DNA of 64,000 bases from Longimicrobiales bacterium (GTDB lineage Bacteria; Gemmatimonadota; Gemmatimonadetes; Longimicrobiales; Gaopeijiaceae), in the NCBI GenBank assembly GCA_965219445.1, contig CBDCNQ010000005.1, positions 1,184,001-1,248,000 of the forward strand. The letters are read 5' to 3'. Below the pieces are notes generated by a model, which was not told the origin of the DNA, did no database searches, and saw only the letters and a program-made list of their open reading frames with translations. Numbering within the stretch: the first letter of the stretch is position 1; each line of letters starts with the position of its first letter. Positions 48,755 through 59,934 of the stretch are shown in pieces. Made by a program: the position numbers and the translations under genes.

Positions 48755-50448
48755 CCGTTCCAGAGCGGTCCAGCGATCTGCAGCACGTATATCGCTATGA
48801 GCCCCAACACACCGATCACCGTCAAATAGTAGATCGTCGGGAGAATGGTCTTCCGCAGTGTGGAACCCTCTCGTCCCAGGAGCCCCACCGTCGCCGATGC
48901 GGCGACGACGTTGTGAATCGCGATCATGTTCCCTGCCGCTGCTCCCACGGCCTGAAGGGCCACGATCATGGAACTCGAGATGGCCAAGCGCGCCGCCACC
49001 CCGTGTTGGAACGCCGCGAACATGAGGTTGCTCACCGTGTTCGAACCGGCGATAAAGGCGCCCAAGGCCCCGGTCACGCCCGCGAAGAGCGGCCAGATGC
49101 CCCCAACGGTGTCCGCGACCCATCCCGCCATCGTGAGCGGCATCGAGGCGAGGCCCGAGGTGTTTACCCCCGAATTGATGTAGACGCGGACCATGGGCAC
49201 GGTAAAGATGAGCACGAAGCCGGCCCCCAGAAGGACCCGGCTCGAGTCGGCGAACGCTCTCTTGAGAGCCGCTCCGCTCATGCGGTGCAACAGCGCCGTG
49301 ATTCCGACCACAACGATCAGAATCGTCCCCGGCAGATAGAGTGGCGTGGTCACCGCGCTCACCGACGTTCCGAAGATCTCCGGCCATTCGATGCTGAAGC
49401 TCCTGAGGGCCTCTCCGAGAGGGAGCCATGGAAGGCGGCTCAGGACCAGAAGAATTGCCAACAAGAGGTAGGGAACCCACGCCTTGCCGGCCGACATCTC
49501 CGGGTGCTCTCCCATTTCCTCCGAGCTCACTTCGAGGCCGCTCACCCACTCCGACGGCCATTGGTCCGAAGCAGGAAAGTCCCAGGTGTCTTTCGGGAGC
49601 AGGAACCCCTTTCGCGCCGCGGAGGACACGATCGCGAGCCCCACGAGGCCTCCCAAGAGCGAGGGAAACTCGGGCCCGAAGATCCAGGCGGTCAAGAAGT
49701 AGGGGATAGTGAACGCCACTCCGCCGAACAGCGCAAAGGGTACCACCGTCAGCCCTTCGGTCCACGACTTCCGCGCCCCGAAGAAGCGGGTCATCATGAC
49801 GACCATAAAGATGGGCATGACCGTTCCGGTGATCGCATGGAGGCCGGCGGCGCGGATAGCCACGGCCCGCACGTACTCGGTGAGCGTTGCGCCTGAGGCG
49901 GCCAGCGCAGTCGTAAATTCAGGGCTCACCACACCTCCTTGGACACCCACCAAAACCGGAGTGCCCACCGCGCCAAACGTCACAGCCGTGCTCTGGATCA
50001 TCATGCCCAACATCACTGCGCCGGCTGCGGGAAAGCCCATGGCGACCATGAGGGGGGCGGCCACGGCGGCCGGGGTCCCGAATCCGGCGGCGCCCTCGAT
50101 GAAGGATCCAAAAAGCCAGGCGATGATGACGACTTGCACCCGGCGATCGTCGCTGATGTCGTGGAAGCTCCTCCGAATCGAGGCCACGCCCCCCGACCGC
50201 TCGAGTGTGTTCAGGAGCAGGATGGCCCCGAAGATGATCAATAGGAGGTCGAACGTGAGAAAGAGCCCTTGGATCGAGGAGGCCCAAACGTCCATGGACG
50301 GCATGTTCCAGACGTTCAGGGCGATGACGACCGCCGTTACGTAGACCATCGGCATGGCCCACTTGGCTGGAATGCGGAAGCCTACGAGGAGGACACCACC
50401 GAGAAGGATGGGTAGGGCGGCAAGGGCGGCTAGGGTTGCGGGGCTCAC
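48751..50448 (-). CDS. L-lactate permease (LctP family)
   Basis: [41 protein letters not shown]. Confidence 0.93.
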   Translation of the reverse strand: MSPATLAALAALPILLGGVLLVGFRIPAKWAMPMVYVTAVVIALNVWNMPSMDVWASSIQGLFLTFDLLLIIFGAILLLNTLERSGGVASIRRSFHDISDDRRVQVVIIAWLFGSFIEGAAGFGTPAAVAAPLMVAMGFPAAGAVMLGMMIQSTAVTFGAVGTPVLVGVQGGVVSPEFTTALAASGATLTEYVRAVAIRAAGLHAITGTVMPIFMVVMMTRFFGARKSWTEGLTVVPFALFGGVAFTIPYFLTAWIFGPEFPSLLGGLVGLAIVSSAARKGFLLPKDTWDFPASDQWPSEWVSGLEVSSEEMGEHPEMSAGKAWVPYLLLAILLVLSRLPWLPLGEALRSFSIEWPEIFGTSVSAVTTPLYLPGTILIVVVGITALLHRMSGAALKRAFADSSRVLLGAGFVLIFTVPMVRVYINSGVNTSGLASMPLTMAGWVADTVGGIWPLFAGVTGALGAFIAGSNTVSNLMFAAFQHGVAARLAISSSMIVALQAVGAAAGNMIAIHNVVAASATVGLLGREGSTLRKTILPTIYYLTVIGVLGLIAIYVLQIAGPLWNG

Positions 50449-50762
50449 GGGGGCTCCTTTGCCTTTTGGGGATCGACCCCGGTCGGCGATCCGACCCGGG
50501 CCGCGCTCAGACGCCTTGCAGGATCCGGCGCCTCGGCACTCTTCGGTGGCTCGCGAACTTCTCGGACACCTCACTAGCGGCCCACGCTTTCGGACCGACC
50601 GGACAACATGAGGCGGCGGGAGAGTTAGGAAAAGACCGGCCTTGGTCGCCGGGGGAGACAGGCCAGTGGCGCTCTGGCTTGGCGGATGTCGTAGCGACCG
50701 CCTATCTTCGGCCCGGCGACTCCGCCCGTGAGCGTCTTCTCGCCCTTGGATAGGACATCCCC

Positions 50763-53025
50763 ATGGAGCACAATCCGGACGCCCCCTGGTACCGCCGATT
50801 ACACTGGCAGGTGCTGATGGCCATGGCCGTCGGTGCGTTGGTTGGAGCCGTGTTCGGCGAGCCGGTGGCGGATCGGGTCGGATGGATCGGCGATCTGTTC
50901 ATGCAACTGCTCCGGATGATCATCGTGCCCCTGGTGTTGACGTCGATCATTTCGCGGATGGCCATCCTCGAGGAGGAGGATGCACGCGGCTCGGGAGCGT
51001 CCGGGATCGAATCACTTCGCCAGGGACTCATCGCGCCCGAGGCCGAGCTTCAGCGGCTGGCGGTGCGCGCCATCGGGCGCCTAGAGGATTCCGAGCTGAT
51101 CCCGCTGACATTCCCGCTCCTCTTCTCCAACGACGAAGCGGTCCGAGCCGAGGCCGTCAACGCGGTGGGGCAGGCGGCGCTTGGGACACTTGGTGACGAC
51201 GTCGCCGATGTTCTTTTCGAGTACCTCGTTCGGGAACGTCAGGAGGGTCCGGCTGTACGCGGGGCGATCGGTCGGACATTGGGACGCCTTCGTTACGCGG
51301 ATGCGGACCGCTTTCGGCGCGCCGAAGAGACACTGGTCGAGTTGACGGGCGACGGGAATGCGGATGCGCCACTCGTGACCCTCATGGGTGCCGTCATGGG
51401 TTTGGAGTCGATGGCTCGTCGCACCGGACGGGGCAGGATGTCGGAGGCGTCCGTCGAGAGACTTCGCGAGCTGGCCGCCCTCGGCCGTCCGGTCGACGCT
51501 GCGGGGTCCGGTGACGGGGGCGTTGCCGGAGGTGGGGGCGGAGCTCCCGCCGGGACCGGGAATGTCGCGGATCCCCTGCGACTCGGTGACCCGGCCCGCG
51601 TCCGTCGGGTAGCCATGATGGCTTTGCTCACGATCGGTGAGGTGGGGTCGGACCTCCTCGACGGTGCCTTGCGCGACCCGGATCCTGACGTTCGGCGTCT
51701 GGCCGTCATGCTCATCGGGCGTGATCCATCGGCTGAGGTTGCCCCTGAACTCTTGATCGACGCGCTTACCGATCCGTTTCCAAGGGTCCGCGCGGAGGCC
51801 GTCAGGGCGTATGCCGTGCGGGCCCCGGGGGTCCAAGAATGCCCGCTCCTCCTTAGCAACTCCCGGGACGACGATCTCCATGTGGCGCTCGTCGCCCTCG
51901 ATCTCCTCCAACAGACTTGTGAGGATCGGCCGCTGCAGAACGAGTTCCTCACCGGCGCCGCCGCGGGCTTGGAGAATGCCGGCCCGCTGGATTGGCACCG
52001 GGGCGCACACGCCCTCGTGGCCCTGGCCGTGGTATCCCCCGATGAGGCGGCGACCTTGGTAGGCGGCGCGCTGCGGAGCACCAACCCGTTCGTGCGAATG
52101 TACGCTGCGCAGGCAGCGGCCCAGATCGGAAGCACCGACGTGCTCGAGGATCTCACGGCGGATCCGTCTCCCAATGTCCGTACGGTGGCTGTGCAGGGCC
52201 TCTCCGCTATCAGTGGCCACGACAGGGACAGTGTTGCTCGTCGCGCAACTCGAACAGGACGACCCGCAACTTGTGCTGACGGTGGCGGAACTCCTGGAGG
52301 GGACGCCCAATGCAGCTGAGGCCGTGGGTCCGCTCCTCGCCACCTTCACACGACTGTCGCAGGTGCAGCGAGAGACGGCGCGGGATCCCCGCATGGCGCT
52401 TCTCGAGCGTATCAACGAGGTGGGCAGTGTTGAGCAGGCTGCCGAGTTGGAGCCGTACCTCGACGATTACGATTCCGTCGTGGCGGCCCGTGCCGCTGGA
52501 ATTCTGACCGATTGGACCGGTGCGGTACGGGCGGCTCAACCCGCACCGTCCCCAAGACTGGCGCTTCCGTCGGCCGAGGAGATCGAGCGGTTGGCCGGGA
52601 CAAGGGTCATTCTGGAGATGGCGCGGGGAGGGCAAATCGAGATCCGACTTCTGGCCGAGAACGCACCCACGAACGCCGCACGCTTCGCGCGGCTCACCGC
52701 GTCCGGCTACTTCGACGGCCTCACGTTTCACCGGGTCGTGACCAACTTCGTTCTTCAGGGCGGCAGTCCGGCTGACAACGAGTATGCGGGTGTTGCCGAG
52801 TACACCAGGGACGAGGTCGGCCTAATTTCGCACTGGCGGGGGACCGTGGGCACATCCACACGGGGGCGCGACACCGGAGACGGCCAGATCTTCATCAATC
52901 TCGTGGATAATCTCCAACTCGATCATGAGTATACGGTCTTCGGAGAGGTCGTGAGGGGGATGGACGTGGCCGATATGGTGGCCGAAGGCGACATGATCGT
53001 GCGAGCCACGGTCGTCATCCAGTGA
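50763..53025 (+). pseudogene. Chimeric ORF: dicarboxylate/amino-acid symporter N-terminus, HEAT repeats, then cyclophilin PPIase (frameshift near 52233)
   Basis: LHWQVL...[24 protein letters not shown]...VR..A repeats; YFDGLTFHRVV.NFVLQGG, DT..GQIFINL, YTVFGEV. Confidence 0.75.
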
Positions 53026-53040
53026 CCGGTGAAATGAGGA

Positions 53041-53724
53041 CTAGAACGGCACGCCTACCGCGTCGCAGAGAAACCCCACGAGGGGCGTCGCGGTTCGAAA
53101 GACTTTGGCGAGCTCCTCGGGAAGCTTTGGGTCGATGATCGTTTTTTGTGGAACCTTGGCTACACCGATGAAGTCCTTCCGCTTGAGATCCTCGACGAGG
53201 GGATGGTCGGGGTCAAATCCCTTGGGCGGCCGCTTCAGCCGGTCACCCTCCAACACATAGGCGTCACGAAAGCGCTTCGCCCCCACGGTTCGTTTCCAGG
53301 TCTGCGGATCCTCGACGATCGCCTCACGGATCTTTCGCAGGCTCGGCGAGTCGGGATGCCACATGCCGGCGCCGGCGAAGCATCCGCCCCGATCTATGTG
53401 GAGGTAGTAGCCTGGCGCATGGGCGTCCTTTCCAAGCTCGTGCCGGAACTGGATGCCGACGGCGGTCTTGTACGGGGTCTTGTCCTTCGAGAACCGGGTG
53501 TCTCTGTGGATTCGAAACATCGAACCGCCGACCGTCCTGGGATCCGACCGGAAGTGTTCACTCAAGTTCTTCAGATGAGCCCCGAAATCGGTGATGAACC
53601 GGATGGCCGGATCCCTCACGTGATCCTCGTAGCGGTGCTTGTTCTGGTGGAACCATTCCCGCTTGTTGTTTTCCGTGAGGTCCTTCAGGAAGGTGAACGT
53701 CGCCTTCGTGAAATATGCTGCCAT
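53041..53724 (-). CDS. DUF2461 (TIGR02453) family protein
   Basis: NNKREWF, FRIHRDTRFSKDKTPYK, LKRPPKGF. Confidence 0.92.
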   Translation of the reverse strand: MAAYFTKATFTFLKDLTENNKREWFHQNKHRYEDHVRDPAIRFITDFGAHLKNLSEHFRSDPRTVGGSMFRIHRDTRFSKDKTPYKTAVGIQFRHELGKDAHAPGYYLHIDRGGCFAGAGMWHPDSPSLRKIREAIVEDPQTWKRTVGAKRFRDAYVLEGDRLKRPPKGFDPDHPLVEDLKRKDFIGVAKVPQKTIIDPKLPEELAKVFRTATPLVGFLCDAVGVPF

Positions 53725-53808
53725 GTCGTTTTCCCATCTGTTAGCGTGGACATCTCGATGATCGCCGAGCTGTGTTGCCGATGATGTCCCACCGTCCTCA
53801 GCGGGCCG

Positions 53809-54321
53809 TCAGGCGTCAAGAGGGTCGGCGCCCCACGTTTGCTTCACGTCGTCGACGAGATCTTCGAACGCGAGCGCGGACATCGCGTCGAGCTGCTGAC
53901 CGACGTCCTCCTCGAGAAGGCTACGTATCAGGGATGTCGGGTGGTCCAGATCCCAATCCACCAAGGGTTCTGGGCCCTCTTCGAGGACCTGGAGGATTCG
54001 AAGGACCAGATAGGCATCATCGAGTAAGCCGGGCAACCCGAGTGTCATCTCCGGCATAAGATCCACGGGGTGGAGGAAGTAACGAATGGCCCGATCGAGA
54101 ATGGGTTGAACGACGTGGGCCAAATTCCGATCTTCGGCCCCCCGCGCGGCGGCCGCCAGAATGAGTGGAATGCTCTCGATGATCTCGAGCAAGACTGACG
54201 CGGCGTCGTCAACCTCCGTATCGGACGCCTCCGGCAGGCGAGCCCGAACGTAAGTGGCCAGCTGATCGGTGCCCCGGGCCTTGGCACTTTCTATGACGGC
54301 GTGGATCTCTTCGAGATTCAC
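53809..54321 (-). CDS. DUF1232/YkvA-like protein
   Basis: YFLHPVDLMPE...GLLDDA. Confidence 0.75.
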   Translation of the reverse strand: MNLEEIHAVIESAKARGTDQLATYVRARLPEASDTEVDDAASVLLEIIESIPLILAAAARGAEDRNLAHVVQPILDRAIRYFLHPVDLMPEMTLGLPGLLDDAYLVLRILQVLEEGPEPLVDWDLDHPTSLIRSLLEEDVGQQLDAMSALAFEDLVDDVKQTWGADPLDA

Positions 54322-54370
54322 GGCCGCAGCTCCAGGGTGATGCTCAAGACCGTGCTCCCCGGCGTCATCC

Positions 54371-57300
54371 TCACCGTCGCCTCGGGACCCCCAGGGGCTC
54401 CCACGGGTCGGCCTGGATCCTGTCATCGTCCAGCCTTCCGTAGAACGCCGGGACTCGGACCAGGATCAGCGCGTTGAGTTGCCCGATGAGCTCGGGAGCG
54501 TCTAGCCATGCCCTCTCGACGACTTGGAGTTGATCTTCGGTGGGGCGTGTGGTCGAGGCTTCGATCTGTCGACCCGTACCCATGGGCAGCCGACTTAGGT
54601 TTCCATCCAAGTCATCGAGGACTTCCTGAATCTCCCTCAGCTGATCTCTGAACATTTCGGCGGCGTTCGTGTCACGCAGAAGCTGCTCCAGGTCGGAGAG
54701 CTGCAAGTGAAGCCGCTCGACCGCCTGTCGGGCATGGTACATCGGGGCCTGCAACTCGTACATGGATATCAGCGCCGCCTGACGTGCGGCTAGATCCGCT
54801 CGCGATACTTCGATCCGGGGATCCTGACGAACCGTGAGGTCCCCGAACATGGTAGTCTTTCCTACGTCCATCCGGATCTGATACACGTTCGGGAGCACGG
54901 TGGGCCCTCGGGCCATGAGTTCTTCTCTTTCCGGCTCGTCCTGCTGCGGTTCGTAGGCGGGCTCGATCCGGAAGTCCCACAACACCTCGTGCGCTCCGGG
55001 CGTCGTGGGCCCGTGAAGCGTTCTCACGTCTTGTCCCATTGCGGTGAGAATCTCGATCTCGAGCTGCGGAACTTCGTCGGCTTCCTGGGCCTCCTCCTCC
55101 TCGTCTTCCACGTCGTCTTCGTTCCCGTCCCTGGATTCTGCGTCACCCAGGTCGAGTCCCTCCGGGATCCAGTAACGGATCCGCGCACCGACGCTCGGAT
55201 TAGGAAGCCTGAACTCACCGGAAGCCGTCCAATCCTGAATGTTGCGTTGCCTCCATTGGACGACCTGCCCGCCCCGGAAAAGATACGGCGTTCCGGCCAG
55301 GACCGATCCGCTCGCCAGCTGTTCCAGCGGTGCGATATCGTCGAGCACCCATATGCCTCGGCCGTGGGTTCCGATCAGCAGGTCGTCGTAGGTGGGATGT
55401 ACGCGGATGTCATCGACGGGGACAGTAGGGAGACCGTTCATGAGCGGGTACCAGCGATCTCCCCCATCCAATGAGACAAACACGCCGACCTCGTTGCCGA
55501 GGAAGAGGAGGTTGTCTTCGTCCGGGTGTTCAGTCAGGACGTTGACGGACGCTTGGGGCAGTCCGTCGGTGATCGATTGCCAGCGCTCCCCGAAGTCGTC
55601 ACTTACATAGACGTACGGGGCGAAGTCCCCGGAGTAGTGTCCATCGAAGGTGGCATAGACTCGGCCCTCCTCTACGTTGGAGGCCACGATGCGACTCACG
55701 TATGTGTTATCCGGCAGGTCCCGAATGTCATCCGTCAGGTCGGCCCAAGTGGTCCCGCCGTCCCGCGTCCCCATGACCCGTCCGTCGTCACTGCCCGTAT
55801 ACAGCACGTTCGGGTCGAGAGGCGATTCGGACAGCGTCGTCACGGTGCTGTAGAACGTCACGCCGTCGTGCCTCGAGAGCATCGAATCGGAGGGGAGCAC
55901 GTCCATGATGGGCAGTTGCGAGCGGTCGATGTCGTGCGTCAGGTCGGGGCTGATCTGAGTCCAGCTGTCGCCCCGATCGGTACTTCTGAGGAGCATCTGG
56001 GCACCGAGATAGATGGTGCTCGGATCGTGCACCGAGATCGCCATCGGGGTGTTCCAGTTGAACCTGTATTCGCGCGCCTCGTCGTCCGGCTCGTCATCCG
56101 AGGGGTATTCCTTCTTTGGAATCGTGCCCTCGTCCAGCTCGAAGCGAGGCGAGGGTCGGATGGACACGCGCTCACCCGTGTGGGCGTCGACCCGTCTGAT
56201 GCCGCCATTCTGCGACTCCGCGTATACGACCGTCGGGTCGGCAGGATCGATTCGCACATAGAATCCATCCCCGCCTCCGACGTTCTGCCAATCGGCGTTT
56301 CGTATGCCCTGGCTGTCGAGCGTATTGGTGGGACCGCACCAGGTTCCGTTGTCTTGAAGTCCGCCACAGACCCAGTAGGGACGCCGGTTGTCGAAGCCGA
56401 TCTCATAGAACTGGGCGATCGGCAAGTTGTTGTAGAAACGCCAAGTTTCGGAGCGGTCGAAGGAAGTCGAGACACCTCCGTCGCCACCGAGCAGCAAGTG
56501 GTTGGAGTCGCTCGGATCGATCCAAAGAGCGTGATGGTCGAGATGGACGTTCCCGGCCCCGTCGTCCGTAAAGGTCCTTCCCCCGTTGTCGGAGCGCATG
56601 AGATCTTGGCCACCGACGTAGATTCGCTCGGGGTCGTTCGGGTCGACCCGAATCTGGCCGAAGTACATCGGTCGTGGATTCGTTCCAGAGAGCTTTTCCC
56701 AGGTGTCACCGCGGTCAGTGGAGCCGTAGATCCCCGTTTGGCCACGGCGGGCTTCCACGGTGGCGAAGACGAGGTTGCCGTCCCGCCGGTAGATGTCGAG
56801 GCCGATGCGCCCAAGGTCTCCATCCGGAAGACCCTCCTTCAGGCGCGTCCAGCTTGCGCCACCGTCCACCGTACGGTAGATGCCGCTTCCCGGCCCACCT
56901 CCGTTGAAGCCCCAAGCCGTGCGCCGGCGCGAATACATCGCCGCGAATAGCCTGTTGGGGTCCGACGGGTCCATGGCGAGGTCGATCGCCCCTGTGTTGG
57001 TGTCTAGATACAGGACCAGCTCCCAGCTGTCCCCACCGTCGGTCGTCTTGTAGACGCCGCGCTCCGAGCTGTCCTTCCAGAGGTTGCCCACGGCCGCGAC
57101 AAAGGCGACGTCCGGGTTCCGTGGGTCGACCTGGATCCGCGAGATATGGCGGGTTTCCCGAAGACCCTTATGAAGCCACGTCCGCCCCCCGTCCATCGAC
57201 TTGAAGACTCCGTCCCCCCAAGGTGAACTCTGACGGTTCTGGGGCTCTCCCGTTCCGACCCAAACTATGTCGGGGTTCGACGGGGCCAGCGTCACATCGC

Positions 57301-57595
57301 CGATCGAGGCTGTGGATTGGTCTGTGAAGATGGGCTCCCACGTAGTGCCGTGGTTCGTGCTCTTCCAAATGCCGGCACTTGCTGTTCCGACGTAGATGAT
57401 GCGCGTGTCGGTCTCGTCGATGGCGAGGTCGCTCACGCGCCCACCGGCGACGGCCGGCCCAACCTCACGCCATTCAAGGAACGCCACCGGGCCGAGGCCC
57501 TCCTGTATTCCGTCGTCCTGAGCATGTGCGGGCGACCCAAGGGGAAAAATGAGGGCCGCGGCTGGGAAGCACAGCGAGGCACGCGCTATTTTCAT
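54371..57595 (-). CDS. Secreted VPS10/BNR-repeat beta-propeller (glycosyl hydrolase-like)
   Basis: Signal peptide; WREVGP...GGRV; many S.D.G.TW Asp-boxes; THGRG.W.LDD. Confidence 0.92.
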   Translation of the reverse strand: MKIARASLCFPAAALIFPLGSPAHAQDDGIQEGLGPVAFLEWREVGPAVAGGRVSDLAIDETDTRIIYVGTASAGIWKSTNHGTTWEPIFTDQSTASIGDVTLAPSNPDIVWVGTGEPQNRQSSPWGDGVFKSMDGGRTWLHKGLRETRHISRIQVDPRNPDVAFVAAVGNLWKDSSERGVYKTTDGGDSWELVLYLDTNTGAIDLAMDPSDPNRLFAAMYSRRRTAWGFNGGGPGSGIYRTVDGGASWTRLKEGLPDGDLGRIGLDIYRRDGNLVFATVEARRGQTGIYGSTDRGDTWEKLSGTNPRPMYFGQIRVDPNDPERIYVGGQDLMRSDNGGRTFTDDGAGNVHLDHHALWIDPSDSNHLLLGGDGGVSTSFDRSETWRFYNNLPIAQFYEIGFDNRRPYWVCGGLQDNGTWCGPTNTLDSQGIRNADWQNVGGGDGFYVRIDPADPTVVYAESQNGGIRRVDAHTGERVSIRPSPRFELDEGTIPKKEYPSDDEPDDEAREYRFNWNTPMAISVHDPSTIYLGAQMLLRSTDRGDSWTQISPDLTHDIDRSQLPIMDVLPSDSMLSRHDGVTFYSTVTTLSESPLDPNVLYTGSDDGRVMGTRDGGTTWADLTDDIRDLPDNTYVSRIVASNVEEGRVYATFDGHYSGDFAPYVYVSDDFGERWQSITDGLPQASVNVLTEHPDEDNLLFLGNEVGVFVSLDGGDRWYPLMNGLPTVPVDDIRVHPTYDDLLIGTHGRGIWVLDDIAPLEQLASGSVLAGTPYLFRGGQVVQWRQRNIQDWTASGEFRLPNPSVGARIRYWIPEGLDLGDAESRDGNEDDVEDEEEEAQEADEVPQLEIEILTAMGQDVRTLHGPTTPGAHEVLWDFRIEPAYEPQQDEPEREELMARGPTVLPNVYQIRMDVGKTTMFGDLTVRQDPRIEVSRADLAARQAALISMYELQAPMYHARQAVERLHLQLSDLEQLLRDTNAAEMFRDQLREIQEVLDDLDGNLSRLPMGTGRQIEASTTRPTEDQLQVVERAWLDAPELIGQLNALILVRVPAFYGRLDDDRIQADPWEPLGVPRRR

Positions 57596-57923
57596 GCGTC
57601 GATCCTTCTAGATTGAACGCCGGACCTGTCCGGATTCCAGCCACCGGGCCACCGGCGGCGAGGCCACGGATCCATCGGGCCGATCCTTAAAGATGGACGA
57701 ACCCACGACGCAGGGCAAAGGTGATGGGGTGCCCGTGGTGCTCGGGTCCGAAAGCGATCGGCTCTCGCCTATAATGGTTGGGGCGTACGTAGCGGGGATG
57801 ACTGAAGACGAACGGCTCCCCAGCCCTGAGGGCTGGGGAGCCGTCGAAATGGATGAGCGTTGCCCTGACGGTGCGTTTACGGCTGATCAGCCAGAGCCCG
57901 GCCCGAACAAGACGCTTCCTGTG

Positions 57924-58580
57924 CTACGGTAAGGAGTAAAACGCGCCAAGCATGAATCCGAACGACGACAGATCCTCGGTACCGGCCTCAAACCTTTGCA
58001 GATCGAACGCCGCGAAAAATCCAACGCCATTCTCGGTGCTGTACGACCCGCCAGCCGACACGCCGAATTTCGACTCGGTGTCGCTGACACCGCCGGTAGA
58101 GTCACGGAGGAAGTTCCACCGGGGCATCACCCAGACCCTTCCCGGGCCGTCGTTGTTACTCTGGATCGCTACGCCGACCGGAATGTTCAGGAGCGACGTG
58201 TTGTCGGGGGTGCCATCGACGGACATCCACCCCAAGCCACTCTGAACCGTCACCTGTACGGGCGCATCGTTATCGGGAAGCACGTGAACGCCTACCCGGC
58301 CGGCGAGCGTCAACTCGTCGGTGTCAGTCGCGACGTATCCGCCGCTCACCCCGAAGGAAACCCTCTCCATGCCTCTTACGACCCCGGCAGCGAACCCGCT
58401 TTGCTTTCCGGAATTGTCATTGAGTCCACGGGCGAATCCTGCCCCAATGGAGGTCGCTCCATCGGCATCACCCGGTGCCAACGCGAGGACGGGGAAGTTG
58501 ATCAGCTGGCCCGTGGCCGGCATGGCGATCAGCAGCGCAGCGATCCACGCGAAGGAAAATACGAATTTGTGTTGGGTCAT
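57924..58580 (-). CDS. Putative outer-membrane beta-barrel protein
   Basis: Signal peptide; alternating Gly/aromatic strands. Confidence 0.7.
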   Translation of the reverse strand: MTQHKFVFSFAWIAALLIAMPATGQLINFPVLALAPGDADGATSIGAGFARGLNDNSGKQSGFAAGVVRGMERVSFGVSGGYVATDTDELTLAGRVGVHVLPDNDAPVQVTVQSGLGWMSVDGTPDNTSLLNIPVGVAIQSNNDGPGRVWVMPRWNFLRDSTGGVSDTESKFGVSAGGSYSTENGVGFFAAFDLQRFEAGTEDLSSFGFMLGAFYSLP

Positions 58581-59089
58581 TTCAGATCCTTTGATACGAA
58601 AGTGAAAAGTGTGCTCAGGTCTTTCTGACATTGGGCGGGATACGCCTGGCGCTACAGATGTTTCCTTGCGCCCGTACCAATACCTCACAGATAGGTGCTA
58701 GGAGTCAAGTCCTTTCTTGTAGAGCTTTTGTCGCTGAAATCCTCGGCTTTGGCCGGGGGGCCGAGGACGCTGCGCTTAATGCCTCCCCTACGGCTACGTC
58801 GACGTCTCTCGTGAGGACCCTGAGAATGCACTCCTCGAGAGTCTCGGCTGATCGTCCTACGGAGAGGACATTCCCTCGTTACTGTCGGTAGTCATCGTCT
58901 CCGAATCTCGTGTCCGTGCCCCGTGGAAAGGGGTGGAAATCCCTGTCATTTGGCGGCCCCTTGGGGCATTCGGACCGATGGGACGCTTCTTCTCGCCTCC
59001 TGGCATCGGTCTTGCCCATTTGGCTGGCACACGTCGTGGAGAAGTTCAGTAAAGGAACAACGACGAACACGTGCCCCTGGAGGCAAGAA

Positions 59090-59827
59090 ATGCGCATCGT
59101 CTTGATCACCGGCCTGGTCATGACTCTCTCAGCCGTTGAAGGCGAGGCCCAGACACCCCGCGTGCCTCGTGGGTATTTCGATGTCACGTTGGTTGGGGCC
59201 CAGCCCACGGGAGACTTCGGACAGATCGTAGACGAAGGGTGGGGGTTGGAACTCGGAGGACGTTATGAGTTGGATCCCGCTGGAGGCCTCAGTGTTCGGG
59301 GCAGCCTGGGCTTCATCAACTACGGGAGCGAGACGCTCCGGTTTTGCAGCGTCTACAGCTGTCGGGTCGGCATGGATCTCGACACGCGGAACAACATCCT
59401 GTTCCTGGGCGTCGGCCCTGAGTTGGCTATTCGAATGGGCCCATTGCGACCCTACGGCAGGGTCTCCCTGGGTGTCGGCTATTTCGTAACGACCTCCGGA
59501 CTCAGCGGAAGCGATGACTGGTCCGGTCACTCATACGCGAACACCAACAACCTCGATGACTTCGTTTTTCAGCGGCGCGCGGGCGCCGGATTAGGGCTCC
59601 GGTTGTCGAACGGACGGCGCCCGGTCTGGATGGATCTCGGCGCCGACTATCATCACAACGGCACCGCCACGTACCTGAGAGAGGGAGATATCGTAGATCA
59701 ACCTGACGGCAGCATCGTCATCTACCCACGCAGGACCGAGGCGAATCTGTGGAGCTTTCGTGTTGGCGTGTCGATTGGGTTTGCGGGTGATGGGGGTCAT
59801 CACGGTGACGAATGGCACGGGCGGTAG
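59090..59827 (+). CDS. Putative outer-membrane beta-barrel protein
   Basis: Signal peptide; P.GDF...G.G; RPY...GVGYF; FRVGVSIGF. Confidence 0.75.
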   Translation: MRIVLITGLVMTLSAVEGEAQTPRVPRGYFDVTLVGAQPTGDFGQIVDEGWGLELGGRYELDPAGGLSVRGSLGFINYGSETLRFCSVYSCRVGMDLDTRNNILFLGVGPELAIRMGPLRPYGRVSLGVGYFVTTSGLSGSDDWSGHSYANTNNLDDFVFQRRAGAGLGLRLSNGRRPVWMDLGADYHHNGTATYLREGDIVDQPDGSIVIYPRRTEANLWSFRVGVSIGFAGDGGHHGDEWHGR

Positions 59828-59846
59828 CCACATCCCACTTATCAAC

Positions 59847-59890
59847 GCAGGGCCGCGCGACCCGGGTGGCCGCGCGGCCCTGCTGTTTCT
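59847..59890. terminator. Hairpin between convergent genes
   Basis: GCAGGGCCGCGCG/CGCGCGGCCCTGC 13-bp stem. Confidence 0.65.
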
Positions 59891-59934
59891 CTCAGCGTGA
59901 AGCGTGGTTGGAGTGCGCCGAGTGTGCCGGGCCT

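Noticed and set aside
51081..52415. Long antisense ORFs here and at 6396-7712, 12960-14198, 55526-56950
   Set aside because: Shadow frames of real genes in GC-rich DNA, mostly Arg/Pro/Gly-biased, with no motifs.
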